Below, piece after piece: positions 1 to 13,042 of a stretch of 64,000 bases of DNA. The stretch is taken from contig OX597834.1 of the NCBI GenBank assembly GCA_951406725.2, positions 5,890,001 to 5,954,000 of the forward strand. The letters are read 5' to 3'. The position numbers and the translations under genes were made by a program. The stretch is from Octopus vulgaris (lineage: Eukaryota). Positions within the stretch are counted from its first letter, which is position 1. Every line of letters starts with the position of its first letter. Below the pieces are notes generated by a model. That model saw only the letters and a program-made list of their open reading frames with translations. It searched no databases and had not been told where the DNA came from.

Positions 1-87
1 ACCATTATCACCATCACCATCATCATCGTCATCATCATCATCATCACCATCATCATCACCATCGTCATCATCATCATCATCATCATC

Positions 88-160
<73 letters not shown>

Positions 161-215
161 CCATCTTCATCATCCTCATCATCATCATCATCATCACCAT
201 CATCCTCATCATCAC

Positions 216-269
<54 letters not shown>

Positions 270-318
270 CACCATCATCATCACCACCACCACCACCACC
301 ACCACCACCACCACCACC

Positions 319-351
<33 letters not shown>

Positions 352-393
352 TTCATCATCATCATCTTCATCATCATCTTCATCATCATCATC

Positions 394-432
<39 letters not shown>
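1..432. repeat. (CAT)n/(CAC)n compound microsatellite
   Basis: Continuous catcat/caccac triplets from the window start. Confidence 0.97.
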
Positions 433-435
<3 letters not shown>

Positions 436-972
436 TGTAGAAGCATCTTAAATCTAAACGCTGAATTCTCTGAATCCATTTATCTGTCTGTGTGTCCAAT
501 TTATTTGTCTGAGTGTCTCAACTCATTTAAACAATCGGACACATATAATTAAAAGTTACAAATCAAGAAAACTGCAGATTTTTAGTAAAATATACACACA
601 CCTTCATGTTTTGGATATTTCACTTCTCTATTTATTATTTTCTCTCTCTCTCTCTGTTTCACTCTGTCTCTTTATTCCTATTCACACACATATACACATA
701 CATCGTCAACATCATCATCATCATCGTTAAAACATCCACTTTCCGATGCTTGAATGTGTCAGCTGGAATTTGTTGTGACAGATTTTTCTATGGCTGGATG
801 CTCTTCCTGTTGTCAACCCTCACCTGCTTCTATGTGGGGTTATATTTCCCATGACAAATCATGGTTTCATAGAACATTGAAAACAGGCACACCTACGCAC
901 AAACACACGATGAGCTTCTTTCAGTTTCCATCTACCAAATCCACTCACAAACCTTTCACCTAAATATATGTA

Positions 973-1197
973 CAAGGCGGTGCAGCAAATTTCCTGGCTT
1001 TAAGGGTATCATGAAAGACCTTGTTGGATGCTCAACCTTCCGAGTTCTTTTACAGTGATTAGGAAAATGAAAGGACCACTGCAATAAGTGTGTGAATCTG
1101 AGAGGGGAATATGTTGAGTAAAATCATAATTAACTAATTAATTGATCCTCCTGTATTTTCTTTTACACAAAGCCGGGAACTATTGAGCACCCCCTTG
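973..1197 (+). mobile_element. Mariner-derived non-autonomous element (MITE) retaining the transposase C-terminus
   Basis: Preceded by TA; imperfect TIRs caaggcggtgcagcaaatttcctggct / agccgggaactattgagcacccccttg; internal aagtgtgtgaatctgagaggggaatatgttgagtaa = KCVNLRGEYVE*, matching the mariner C-terminal KCxxxxGDYVE motif. Confidence 0.75.
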
Positions 1198-1330
1198 TGT
1201 GTGTGTGTGTGTTCCTTGTCTTGCAAACGGTAAACAGTGGCATCAGAGATGATGTCAAACTGTGTTTGCTGGCAGACCACTGCAAAAGCATATCAAGGGT
1301 TCTTGATGTTTTGTAAGATCTCTGTGATCA

Positions 1331-1850
1331 GAAGTGCAAGAGTGGCTGTGTGTTAAGTAGCTTGTTTACCAACCACATGGTTCCAGGTTCAGTCCCACTG
1401 CGTGGCACCTTGGGCAAGTGTCTTTTACTATAGCCTCGGGCTGACCAAACCTTGTGAGTGGATTTGGTAGACGGAAACTGAAAGAAGCCTACCGTATATA
1501 TACTCTCCACTCTTTTACTCTTTTACTTGTTTCAGTCATTTGAATGTGGCCATGCAGGAGCACTGCCTTTGAACAATGTGCTATGCTTACAGCACCTAGG
1601 TTTCTCAAGCAGTCACCAATCTAAGTACTGACTAGGCTCGACGTTGCTTAATTTTGATGATCAGACGAGAACCGGTGCTTTCAACATGATATGGCTGTAG
1701 TGCGTATGTTTTTGTGTGTCTGTCTTTGTCTCCCCAACATCGCTTGACAACCGATGCTGGTGTGTTTACGTCCCCGTTACTTAGCGGTTCGGCAAAAGAG
1801 AATGATAGAATAAGTGCTACGCTTATGACTGAAACAAGTAAAAGAGTCTC
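1331..1850 (+). mobile_element. tRNA-derived CORE-type SINE (family A), interrupted by a 5S-SINE-tail chimera
   Basis: Head gagtggctgtgtg..ggttcagtccc (A/B boxes), accttgggcaag CORE-like motif; tail half resumes at ~1704. Confidence 0.85.
1585..1703 (-). pseudogene. 5S rRNA pseudogene, near full length
   Basis: Reverse complement gccatatcatgttgaaagcaccggttctcgtctgatc...ttaagcaacgtcgagcctagtcagtactt..ggtgac..gtgctgtaagc matches metazoan 5S rRNA; several substitutions relative to the copy at 63663. Confidence 0.9.
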
Positions 1851-2420
1851 ATTCATACAGAGTCATTTGTTTCCAGTTCTCCATGATTTTTGTTTCATTG
1901 ACTGAGAGACTATTATTTCACTTGGAAACAGGTGGGACTTGACATCAGGTAAGGCATTCAGGTGTATGTAAGTTAAAAATGTCTGAGCAAGCTTGACCAG
2001 GTGGTGGTGGTAGTGATGGTGATGGTGGTTTCATTGATGACGATGACAACGACGACGACAACAATGATTGCTAGCTGAAATGAGTTTTAGTAGGTAAGAA
2101 GTGCTTTTGGATAGAAGTTCTGATGAAAGATATCTGCTTGCCTCAGCATGTAAACACAGAAAATAGAGCTCAAAGAAGCATGGAGTTGTCAGTTCAATTC
2201 TAGCAACCTCCATATCTGATAAAAGAACACTGAATAATAAGAACAGCCATCTGATGTGCAAAACTGTTTGGGATGATCTGATTTGTGTTGATTGATTGAA
2301 GTGTGAGAGATAAAGTGGGGGATGAGAGGGGGAGTGAAATTGGGGGACAAAGATAAGAAAAGAAAGAGAGACATAGTGAAAGAGAAAAGGTGTAGCCAAT
2401 AGGAAGATAAGAAACTATCA

Positions 2421-2459
<39 letters not shown>

Positions 2460-2571
2460 TAGGATGAAACAGAAAGAGAAAAGGGGAGTTAAAGAAAGAG
2501 AAAGATATTAAAGGTAAATGACTTACTAACAGGAAACTTAAAAGAAAGGAAAAGGTACCTGAAAGACTGGC

Positions 2572-2620
<49 letters not shown>

Positions 2621-3249
2621 GGGGTGGGGAACTGGAAGATGAAAAAGAGACTGAAAGAAAGAAAAGCAGGGAATTTGGCACTTAGAACTTAAGGAATCTT
2701 GTTTCGCTTCTCACTAACACTCTCCACTTCAACTCTGTGTTTCTACTTCCTCCCCACAGACTTTTTTCCATCCTCTCTCTTAACACCTCAGTTTTATCCC
2801 AAAGGAGAGGGAAGGGCTAACGCATTTTTTTTTTCGTTTTTTTTCTTTTGCTTTTTTTTTTTTTCTTGCTTTTGTTCACACATTTTCCTTGGATGCATCT
2901 GGACTTCCATGAACAAATCTGATAACATTTTCCTTCAGAAACTATTGTCTTGAGACAAAACAATTTTCGTGTGTATTACTTTTCTTATATAGGCACGGGA
3001 GTGGCTGTGTGGTAAGTAGTGTGGTAAAAAAAAAACATGTTAAGTAAGAGGTTTTAGTGCCTCCTTCTTCTAAGAGATTTGAAACCTCATATTGATTTTT
3101 AAAAAAAGAAAATATTTTTTCGAGAAGATCCAATCGGTGAGTGTTGGGTTTCGTCTCTCATTTATTCATTTTCATTCATTAATGTGTTTGTCCAGCCCGC
3201 AAAGCTACGCACCCTTTGTACTGTCTATATGACAAATTTTATGAAATAA

Positions 3250-3510
3250 AGTAGCTTGCTTACCAACCTCATAGTTCCGGGTTCATTCTCATTGCGTGGC
3301 ACCTTGGGCAAGTGTTTTCTACTATAGTTTTGGGCCGACCAAAGCCTTGTGAGTGAATTTGGTAGACGGAAACTGAAAGAAGACCGTTGCATATATGCAT
3401 ATATATATGTATGTGTGTATATGTTTGTGTGTCTGTGTTTGTCCCCCCAACACAGCTTGACAACCGATGCTGGTGTGTTTACGTCCCTGTAACTTAGCAG
3501 TTCGGCAAGC
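3250..3510 (+). mobile_element. Family A SINE, partial
   Basis: gtagcttgcttaccaacc...accttgggcaag...gacggaaactgaaagaag...cttagcagttcggcaa. Confidence 0.85.
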
Positions 3511-3942
3511 GTTAACAACAATAGTTTTATAACTGCCATAGTATTTAATGTACAAAACATTAAAATGCTAACTGGAGAAAATTAATTATAATCATTATTA
3601 AAAATAACTTGATATAGAAAGATATTTATTACAAGTACAAATCTGTGTTGCAATATTAATGAGAAAGTGAAAATTTATATCTGATGAATTTGCTAGACAT
3701 GTAAATTATATCAACATGCTTATGGCTTTTGATTATCGTCAATTTATAAAAGCTTTATTATAGCAACCAACTAAATGTTTGGTTCTGCTCTGAGGACCAT
3801 AATTGCCCATGATATAATATCTGGGGAAACCTCAGTTTCCATATATACATACATACATAATAATTATATTAGGGAGTATAACTCCAAACTTACAGGGAAA
3901 AATTCAATTTAGTATTAAATCAAATTTCGCAATATAAATATA

Positions 3943-4156
3943 TAAAATATGAATTAGAGATAAAACCACTTTTATGCAACTCAAACAGTGATAGACATAA
4001 ACCAATACATAAATAACAAATAATATAATTATAATTATATATATATAATTATATATATATAATTATATATATATATTATTTGTTATTTATGTATTGGTTT
4101 ATGTCTATCACTGTTTGAGTTGTATAATAGTGGTTTTATCTCTAATTCATATTTTA
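3943..4156. repeat. ~85-bp inverted repeat with AT spacer at the end of a dispersed element
   Basis: taaaatatgaattagagataaaaccac...aataacaaataata (3943-4027) versus its near-exact reverse complement (4071-4156). Confidence 0.9.
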
Positions 4157-4272
4157 CATACATACATATATAATCAGACACACACACACATACATACAGT
4201 CCAATAAACATGCATACACATATACACACATACATGCAATCATTGGCTTGTAGCTAATGCAATGCTTAATGG

Positions 4273-4590
4273 TTTTATGTTTCTTTATTAGCCACACAGG
4301 GCTGCACACAGATGGGACAGATTACAAAGTAGAGCTTTTCTTTTTGGGGAGAGAAAAAAAATGGGGTAGGTTTTCGATCAAAAGGGATTGTAAAATGGAA
4401 AGGAAAAAAAAGAAAAGAAAAAAGATTAAAAAAAGAAAAAAGGAAAGAAAAAACGATCAATAGGGATTGTGTATCACAGAAATGTCATGATGTAAAGTGT
4501 AAAGGGGGAAGCAGATAAGGTTTATCCGTGGAAAGAAAAGCCTACGGAAAAGACCACGGTAACCTCGGTTAATAATGTTACATGTTACCA
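4273..4590 (-). mobile_element. Probable LINE 3' UTR fragment sharing its 3' tail with family B SINEs
   Basis: tttctttattagccacacagggctgcacacagatgggaca is similar to the SINE B tail tttctttattacccacaaggggctaaacacagaggggaca, but the rest is unrelated. Confidence 0.5.
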
Positions 4591-5182
4591 CATTTGTTTG
4601 CAAGTAGGTAATATTTGCTAGACAAATATTTGCTAGACAAAACTTGCCTTTCTAACCCTAAGTACTTATATCAGTCTGGTACTTACTTCAGCAATCTCAA
4701 TTTGTTGAATGGTTAAATTTATGTATTTTGACATAAATTGATTGTTTGTGATATAAAGATATGGTTTGCTGCGATATTTATTTCCAGCTCTCTGTGTATA
4801 GAGTTCAAATAACACCGAGATAAACTTTACTATTCATATCTTGAAGGTCAATACAAAAAAGTACCATTTGAGAACTGATGAAGTTCTCTCTGCCACCTGT
4901 TGAGACACTTTGAATGTTGCACTTTGTCATGGGGGCATGGAGAGGTGTGGAAGTTTCTCTGTAGCTGCAAATGGCTACATGGGTGGCTAAAATAATTGTA
5001 ATTGATGGAAACGTTGTACAGGCTTCAAACTCATTTCTGTGCCATAAACAGATACACTGTAGCTGGACAAGCAGGTAGATAACTAGACAAGCAGACAGAG
5101 AGACAGAATGGCAGACCAATAGATAGATAGACAGAGAGATAGGCAGCCTGATGGATGGAGGGATGGACAGATAGACAGATAG

Positions 5183-5412
5183 AAGGCGGTGAGCTGGCAG
5201 AAACGTTAGCACACCGGGCGAAATGCTTAGCAGTATTTTGTCTGCCGCTACGTTCTGAGTTCAAATTCCGTCGAGGTCGTAAGCCTTTCATCCTTTCGGA
5301 GTTGATTAAATAAATACCTGTTACACACTGGGGTCGATGTAATCGACTTAATCCCTTTGTCTGTCCTTGTTTGTCCTCTCTATGTTTAGCCCCTTGTGGG
5401 CAGTAAAGAAAT

Positions 5413-5415
<3 letters not shown>
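5183..5415 (+). mobile_element. tRNA-derived Meta-domain SINE (family B)
   Basis: aggcggtgagctggcagaaacgttagc..gagttcaaattcc..gcctttcatcctttcgg..; tail ccccttgtgggcagtaaagaaata. Confidence 0.85.
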
Positions 5416-5449
<34 letters not shown>

Positions 5450-5465
5450 GGGCAGCCAGATAGAT

Positions 5466-5500
<35 letters not shown>

Positions 5501-5519
5501 GAGAGAGAGGTACACACAT

Positions 5520-5920
5520 AGGCACAGGCATGGCTGTTTGGTAAGAAGCTTGTTTCTCAACTGCATGGTTCTGGGTTCACTCCTTGACACCTTGGGCAAG
5601 TGTCTTCTACTATAGCTTTGGGTTGACTGAAGCATTGTGAGTGGATTTTGTTGACAGAAACTGAAAGAAGTCCGTCAGGTGTATACATGTGTGTGACTTT
5701 ATGTCTGTGTTTGTCTCCCACCGGTGTCTGAGAATCGTTGTCGGTGTCTTCATGTCCCCGTAACTTAGCAGCTCAGCAAAAAGATATCAATAGAATAAGT
5801 ATGAGGCTTAAAAGAATGTAAGTACTGGAGTTGATTCGTTTGATTCAAAAACTCTTGAAAGCAGTGCCCCAGCATGGTCACAGTCAAATGACTATAACAA
5901 GTAACCGATAAAAGATAAAA
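5520..5920 (+). mobile_element. Family A SINE, older diverged copy
   Basis: ggcacaggcatggctg..accttgggcaagtgtcttctactatagc..cagcatggtcacagtcaaatgact. Confidence 0.8.
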
Positions 5921-5941
5921 CTATCAGGTATTAATTTTTTC

Positions 5942-6160
5942 AGGCGGCGAGCTGGCAGAAACGTTAGCACGCCGGGCGAAATGCTTAGCAGTATTTCGTC
6001 TGTCATTACGTTCTGAGTTCAAATTCCGCCGGGGTCGACTTTGCCTTTCATCCTCTTGGGGTCGATAAATAAAGTACCAGTTACGCGCTGGGGTCGATGT
6101 AATCGACTTAATACCTATGTCTGTCCTTGTTTGTCCCCTCTGTGGGTAATAAAGAAATAG
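5942..6160 (+). mobile_element. Family B (Meta) SINE with TSD
   Basis: Full head, Meta domain gactttgcctttcatcc..ggggtcgataaataaagtacc; flanked by aggtatta(a/c)ttttttca. Confidence 0.9.
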
Positions 6161-6449
6161 GTATTACTTTTTTCATTCCTGATTTCCATAATTTTTCATA
6201 GTGAAACAGGTAGAAGTGATATTTCTTTTTTTAACAACACAAATCTACTTTCCATTAAATTCAATTAGAAGCACTCAGTTATTAGCTAAGAGTAGAGCAT
6301 GTATCAACAAAGCAAGCTGAGCCAAACAGAATTACAGGCCTTGATTAGATACTTGCTTTACGGACTAAAATTATACCTGTAATTAAAGTCGTTCTGAGCA
6401 TAGCCATCCCATCTTGTCTTTTCAAAGAACAAAACAGTTTTATTGTTTA

Positions 6450-6791
6450 CGGTGGCATGTAAAAAGCACCTTCTGAACGTGGCCGATGCCAGCACTGCCT
6501 TGACTGGCTTCCATGCCAGTGGCACGTAAAAGGCACCAATCCGATCGTGGCCATTGCCAGCCCAGCCTGGCCCCTGTGTCGGTGGCACGTAAAAAGTACC
6601 CACTACACTCTCGAAGTGGTTGGCTTTAGGAAGGGCATCCAGCTGAAGAAACACTGCCAGATCAGACTGGAGCCTGGTGCAGCTTCCTGGCTTCCTGGCT
6701 TCCTGGCTTCCCAGATCCCCAGTCGAACCGTCCAACCCATGCTAGCATGGAGAAAAGACGTTAAATGATGATGATGAGGATGATGATGATG
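6450..6791 (+). mobile_element. RTE-LINE 3' UTR-derived repeat (family C) with (GAT)n tail
   Basis: ggtggcacgtaaaaagcacc subrepeats, ttaggaagggcatccagctg, ccaacccatgctagcatgga..ttaaatgatgatg. Confidence 0.75.
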
Positions 6792-6859
6792 AAAACTTTC
6801 TTTCCTAAAAATAGGAAAATGTGGCATCTTTCCATAATATTTAATTTCAAAACCCTACA

Positions 6860-7266
6860 TTCTTTTACTCTTTTACTTGTTTCAGTCGTTTGACTGCGGC
6901 CAGGCTGGAGCACCGCCTTTAATCGAGCAACTCGACCCTGGGGCTTATTCTTTTGTAAGCCCATTACTTATGCTATCGGTTTCTTTTGCCGAACCGCTAT
7001 GTAACGGGGACATAAGCGCACCAGCATTGGTTGTCAAGCAATGCTAGGGGTACAAACACAGACACACAAACTCACACACGCATATATATATTTACATATA
7101 TACGACAGGCTTCTTTTCAGTTTCTGTCTACCAAATCCACTCACAAGGCTTTGGTCGGCCCGAGGCCATAGTAGAAGATACTTGCCCAAGGTGCCACGCA
7201 GTGGGATTGAACCCAGAACCATGTGATTGGTAAACAAGCTACTTACCACACAGCCACTCCTGCGCC
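6860..7266 (-). mobile_element. Family A SINE, full length
   Basis: Reverse of ggcgcaggagtggctgtgtggtaag ... gactgaaacaagtaaaagagtaaaag. Confidence 0.92.
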
Positions 7267-8127
7267 CCTTCATTTAAAATTTTTTTTGATATTTCAGGAT
7301 CTAATGTCCATGAGGTGTACACAAAGAACAAGCATTAAAATGTTGAAATCGGTTAAATAAAGATGCATTAATAGTTTTGGTTTGGTTCTATTCCAGAACA
7401 TACTTTTTACAAAAGAAATATTTAAGACAACAAAACAGTAAACAGAGGAACAAAATATTAATCCCATAAATAAAAGTATTTTGTTAAGAAAGAAAGAAAA
7501 AGAAAGAAAAAAAGAAAGAAAGAAAGAAAGACAAAGTAAATAAAATGGAATTTTCTTTAATTCTCTAACATCTCACTCTAACATTTACTTGCTCAGGATT
7601 TTAGCTTTTGCTGCCAAATTTGGAGACCGAGATTAATGTGTCTGTAATTTTGTCATTTTGTGGAATCTCTAATGTCGTAAGATAATGCCAAATGGCGGAT
7701 AGTGGCGGTTGACAGTCAATGAATAAATGATGAACTAAATAGAATTGAGTCCAAGGTCTGAAATATTTTATGGAAAGAGATGTAATTTAAAAGCAAAAAA
7801 AAAAAAAGCAATTCTTTTCTACCTACAAAATAATCTACAATTAATGGTGCCAAAGATTTGTAGCTATTCCTTTAAGAGCTTATGACCATTCTGCTGTTTT
7901 AAGTCAAAAGGTATCTTGCATTATGCGAGTAGGAACTTATTTCAATAAAAGATTTACTTTTACTTATTTTATTTCTCGGTTGGTGAACAATAGCTTTTTC
8001 GCTATAGGTTTTCAAAAAGTCAATCTCTACTTTACAGCATTTTAATGGTGTGAGAGTTGGAAAGAGGTGAATGTAATTTGATGTATAACAAATGCTGCAA
8101 AAAACTTCATTCCAAACCAAATTTTGT

Positions 8128-8511
8128 TTTACTCTTTACTCTTTTACTCTTTTACTTGTTTCAGTCATTTGACTGCGGCCATGCTGGAGCACCGCCTTTA
8201 GTCGAGCAAATCGACCCCGGGACTTATTCTTTTTGTAAGCCCAGTACTTATTCTATCGGTCTCTTTTGCCGAACTGCTAAGTGACGGGGACGTAAACACA
8301 CCAGCATCGGTTGTCAAGCAATACTAGGGGGACAAACACAGACACACAAACACATACACACACATACATACATATATATATACATACTCACAAGGCATTG
8401 GTCGGCCCGGGGCTATAGTAGAAGACACTCGCCCAAGATGCCACGCAGTGGGACTGAACCCGGAACCATGTGGTTGGTTAGCAAGCTACTTACCACACAG
8501 CCACTCCTGCG

Positions 8512-8558
<47 letters not shown>

Positions 8559-8722
8559 GACAGGCTTCTTTCAGTTTCCGTATACCAAATCCACTCACAA
8601 GGCTTTGGTCGGCCCGGGGCTATAGCAGAAGACACTTGCCCAAGATGCCACGCAGTGGGACTGAACCCGCAACCATGTGGTTGGTTAGCAAGTTACTTAC
8701 CACACAGCCACTCCTGCGCCTA
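8128..8722 (-). mobile_element. Family A SINE with tandemly duplicated 5' half
   Basis: One tail (8128-8350) and two heads (~8386-8511, ~8557-8722) separated by (TA)n. Confidence 0.88.
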
Positions 8723-9875
8723 TGAGTGTCCACTTAGAAACTATTTGGTTAAATGAAGGCTGTAGCTGAATGCATTTGTTCAAGGTGCCATGCAGTGAGA
8801 CTAACTCCTAGAACTACAGGCTGACAAAGGGAACTTGTTCTCTACACAACGCCAACATCGGCTGAGAAAGTATAAAGTTTAGATTATAATTCCACACTTT
8901 GAATGGTGATGTAATATTATGCAAAGAAATAGCAGCTAAATTTTCTTCAAATTGTACAGCTTAACCAGATAAGGGATCCCTCATTGGTTACCAATTTCAT
9001 TTAATTCCAAAAGTGAGTTGGAGCATAAGAAATATTAAATTGCAGAACCAAATCCAATAATTCTTTTGTTACCATATTTCTGTTGAAATAGATTGTCTTT
9101 ATTTCAATTAATTTGAAAATAAAGAATTTAATAAAATAACCTCGTGACTTTGAAACTGGTTTTTTGGAATATAAATTGACACGAAATTTTGATGGAAAGT
9201 TTATTCTAGACAACTTTTAACTTGAAGCTTGTATCATTGAATCAGAAGTTGTCTCAGGTGGGTTGATATCAAAAAAAAGGTAAATCATTATTTTTGGTCT
9301 TTCAACATTCTGAATTTAAATAACGGTTTCTGCTTTTACTTTTAAATAACAGTATCAGCTTTTGCTTTCATCCTCCTGGAGAAGCTAAAACAAAGTAAGA
9401 GCTGACGCTCTCATTGCTCTGCTGTTGTTGTTGTTGTTGTTGTTGTTTTAACTGTGGCTCAATCCTCATCAAACAAATCTAGAATCAAAGACATTCGATG
9501 AGTTGACATTCTTTACAACACAGAATATATATGATTTGCAGTATTGGTTCTAGATCTCTTTGATTTCATTTCAAATTCCATTGAGGTCAACGCTGCCTTT
9601 ATCCTTTCTGAGTCAATAAATAAAAATACCAAGCAAGTATTCTTCTCTCTCTCTCTCTCTCTTTGTGTTTGGCTAAAAGCCCCAGGGAACAGTGCCCCAT
9701 CACAGCAACATTTCAAAAGTGGCTGTAAACAACGACAACTGAACAAACAACCCCCACCCACACACTACTGACTAGGTACTAATGCATGCAAAAAAAAAAA
9801 GTACTCACAGATATTAGAGTTCAATTTATAACAGTGAGTTAAACTCCATATTTTGAAGAATGTTCTGATGAAATG

Positions 9876-10705
9876 AAAATCATGTTGTATTTTGGGAAGG
9901 TCATTATGCCATTAATAATAAACACATGCACTGGTTCAATATCACTTCATTATTGTTAATCAAGTCGTTAAATATTTCCCCATCTCACTAATTGATCGGT
10001 TGTTTGTTTAATGAGCTGATTAAACAATCAGTTGGTTGTTTGTAAGTCAAAGTCCTGTTATTGCTATTCATGACCTTTTAGTAACCCTCTCTCTTCAAGG
10101 TCTGCTCTGAGTCTGTCCTCAACAGCAAATTAAACAAATGATTGGTCAATTAGGTGGTTAGGTAATTAACCAATTGGCTAACAATAAAGAAGTGATATTG
10201 AAACAGGGTGTGTGTTTATCAAAATTGGCACGATGACCCTTCCAAAATATAACAAGATTTGTTTCAATGCATGAATTCACACCAAGAATCTTGCAAGCCA
10301 AATGCAAACTGAAGTAAGATAAGCTTTAGCCAAGCTAGCAAGATGCTGGAAAACACTTTGTTCTACTGTCTAAAAACAGTTCCACTTCAAAGTGGAGTGG
10401 AAGAAAGAGGTCAGACTCAGAGCAGACCTTGAAGGGAGAGGGCAAGTTCTTGAAAAGGTCACAAATAGCAACGAAAGAATTTTGGCAATTAAACAACCAA
10501 TTGATTGTTTAACCTACTCATTAAACAAATTATCAATTAATTAGTTGATTAGATGTTTATATGGCTGATGAACAATAAAGAAGTGATATTAAACCAACGC
10601 ATGTGTTATTATTGGTGTGATAACCCACCAAAGATATACAACAAGAATAGTATCAATGCATGCATTCACATAAAGAATCTTGCAAACCAAATACAAAATT
10701 GAAGA
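9876..10705. repeat. Composite inverted plus tandem repeat (three diverged copies of one unit)
   Basis: 9876-10120 is the reverse complement of 10408-10650; 10180-10315 is a direct partial copy of 10570-10705 (aacaataaagaagtgatatt...caatgcatg.attcac..aagaatcttgcaa.ccaaat.caaa). Confidence 0.8.
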
Positions 10706-11488
10706 TAATTATGCCAAGCAGTTATTATAATGCAATAATCAGTCATTACATGTTTGTAAACATCTGTGTATGTTGTTGAAACAGCTGTAGAAATACCAGT
10801 GATATTGCCTAGCTTTCTGTTTTATCTCATGTATATAAATGACTCAGTGTGCGCACACATATATGTATGTGTGTGTAGATACACACACACAGACACACAC
10901 ACACACATACACACAGACATAGCAGACGATATAGAAAATGCATTTTGAAGAAATACATGTATTTATATGATGTGCGGTAATGGTAAAAATTTCCTTCTAT
11001 TAGAGAAATAAATGTTGAACAACTCTGTCACATTGTTTTTAAGAGGAAGCATAAAAATAAAGAAGTAACTTAGATTTACAGATCAAAGACTACCAGAGAC
11101 TGAAATGGAATTTGGTCAATCAAACTGGCTCAATTTTCATTTTTTAACTGTTTATTTCAAATAGCAAAATTTCCCCAGAACTTTGGGGCAGAGACAGTTT
11201 GCATTAAATGAAAATAATAGACGTCTGCAATATTAAAGATTAAATGCAATTATTCTTTATTTCCACAAACGTTCCTCTGAATATATTTTGTATGAGCTTT
11301 TATTTCTATTTATGAAGAAAGATATCATAAAATATAGGTAAATATTAGTTGACATTTGTGTAGTGTTTTAGTTATTTTTATCATAATTTCTAGATATTAT
11401 TTCATTCTTTTCTTTATGTTTCTTTTAATTTATTGTTGCTTAACCCTAGGTCTGCCTTGGTGTAGCAAACTTTTGAGAAAGATAATCT

Positions 11489-11832
11489 AGGCGCAGGAGT
11501 GGCTGTGTGGTAAGTTGCTTGCTTACATCATCATCATCATCATCATCATTTAGCGTCCGTTTTCCATGCTAGCATGGGTTGGACGGTTTAACTGGGGTCT
11601 GTGAAGCCGGAAGGCTTCATCAGGCCCAGTCAGATTTGGCAGTGTTTCTACGGCTGGATGCCCTTCCTAACGCCAACCACTCCGCGAGTGTAGTGGGTGT
11701 TCAACCACATAATTCCGGGTTCAATCCCACTGCGTGGCATCTTGGGCAAATGTCTTCTAGTTTAGCCCCGGGCCGACCAATGACTTGTAAGTAGATTTAG
11801 TAGACGGAAACTGAAAGAAGCCACTCCTGCGC
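11489..11832 (+). mobile_element. Family A SINE head with nested family C fragment (11527-11700, minus strand)
   Basis: SINE head split at gcttac/caaccaca by (cat)n..ttccatgctagcatgggttggac..ggatgcccttcctaacgcc. Confidence 0.8.
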
Positions 11833-12597
11833 CTGAGAACTATGTTAAGAATACACATGTCTGTGAAGCGTTCAGCCACTTGCATGTTAATTTCAAGAGC
11901 AGGCTGTTCCATCGATCAGATCAACTAGAACCCACGTCGTCATAATAAATGGAGTGTCAATTAGTTATATTCCAATCTTTTATCTTTCACTTGTTTCAGC
12001 CACTGGACTCTGGCCATGCTGGGGCACTTCCTTTAAGGGTTTGGTGCCAGTACATTCACTCCAGTATTTCTGCTGTTGTTTATTTGAAAATTTGTGCTGT
12101 TAGGAAGCTGCGGGTTTCTCTTCTTCACGTATCAAATGCATGCAGTGTACCTGAGGGAATGCGCCTGGCTAAGGGGCCACAGTATTTGGCCGTGCATTGT
12201 GGTCTTAAGCAAGATTCTTTCTTTCACGCTGCTCCTGTCCATTCGTCTGGCAAAAACGAGTTGTAACTGTAATTCAAAGGGGCCAGCCATGTCACAGTCT
12301 GTGTGTCATGCTGAATCTCCCTGAGAACTACATCAAGAGTATGCATGTCTGTGGTGTACTCAGCCACTTACACATCAATTCCATGAGCTGACTTTTTGTT
12401 CCAGTTGGAATAACGGAAACCCTCGGCATCATAGCCAATGGCAACCAAATACTTAAGAACATCGCCTTGGACATGATTGCATTGCCTAATGTCTTGGGCA
12501 AGTATCTCTTCTCATAGCCTTGGGTTGAACCATATCTCCAAAGTGAAACTGAACAGATGGAAACTTTGTGGAAGCCTGCCAAATAAATTATTACTTT

Positions 12598-12782
12598 AAG
12601 CCATTACTCTGGAAGCCATCTACTCGCAAAACCAGAGGGCGCACACTCTCCTACCCTGATGTAATCTCCAGGGATACAGGCATCCAGCAACAGGACCTCC
12701 GTAATGCTATGATGGACCATGAAGTCTGGCGTAGAATGGTAAATTCCATTGTCTCGACCGCGATCGAACAATGATGATGATA
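12598..12782 (+). mobile_element. RTE-clade LINE ORF C-terminus remnant
   Basis: Translates to LLWKPSTRKTRGRTLSYPDVISRDTGIQQQDLRNAMMDHEVWRRMV, a typical RTE C-terminus (RGR..Y.D....D.G.....AM.DR..WR), followed by (TGA)n. Confidence 0.75.
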
Positions 12783-13042
12783 ATTACTTTAATGTAAAGG
12801 TCCAGCCTTGTTACCTGCATCACAAAGTTACTCCTGAAGGATTACATCATCATCATCGTCTTGATACTTGCATCAGTCAGACGGTTCAGTGAGGCTGATT
12901 TTCTATGGTTGGATGCTCTTCCTGTCACCAACTCTCTCTCCTGTTTTCAAGCAAGGTAATATCTCTCCATAACCATATTCTACACAAACCATGTTTGTGT
13001 AGAATATTGCAAAGGAATGATATTCTTTTACAAATGCCACAT

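Noticed and set aside
8438-8756. Recurrent ORFs such as MPRSGTEPGTMWLVSKLLTTQPLL
   Set aside because: Antisense translations of family A SINE, not a protein family
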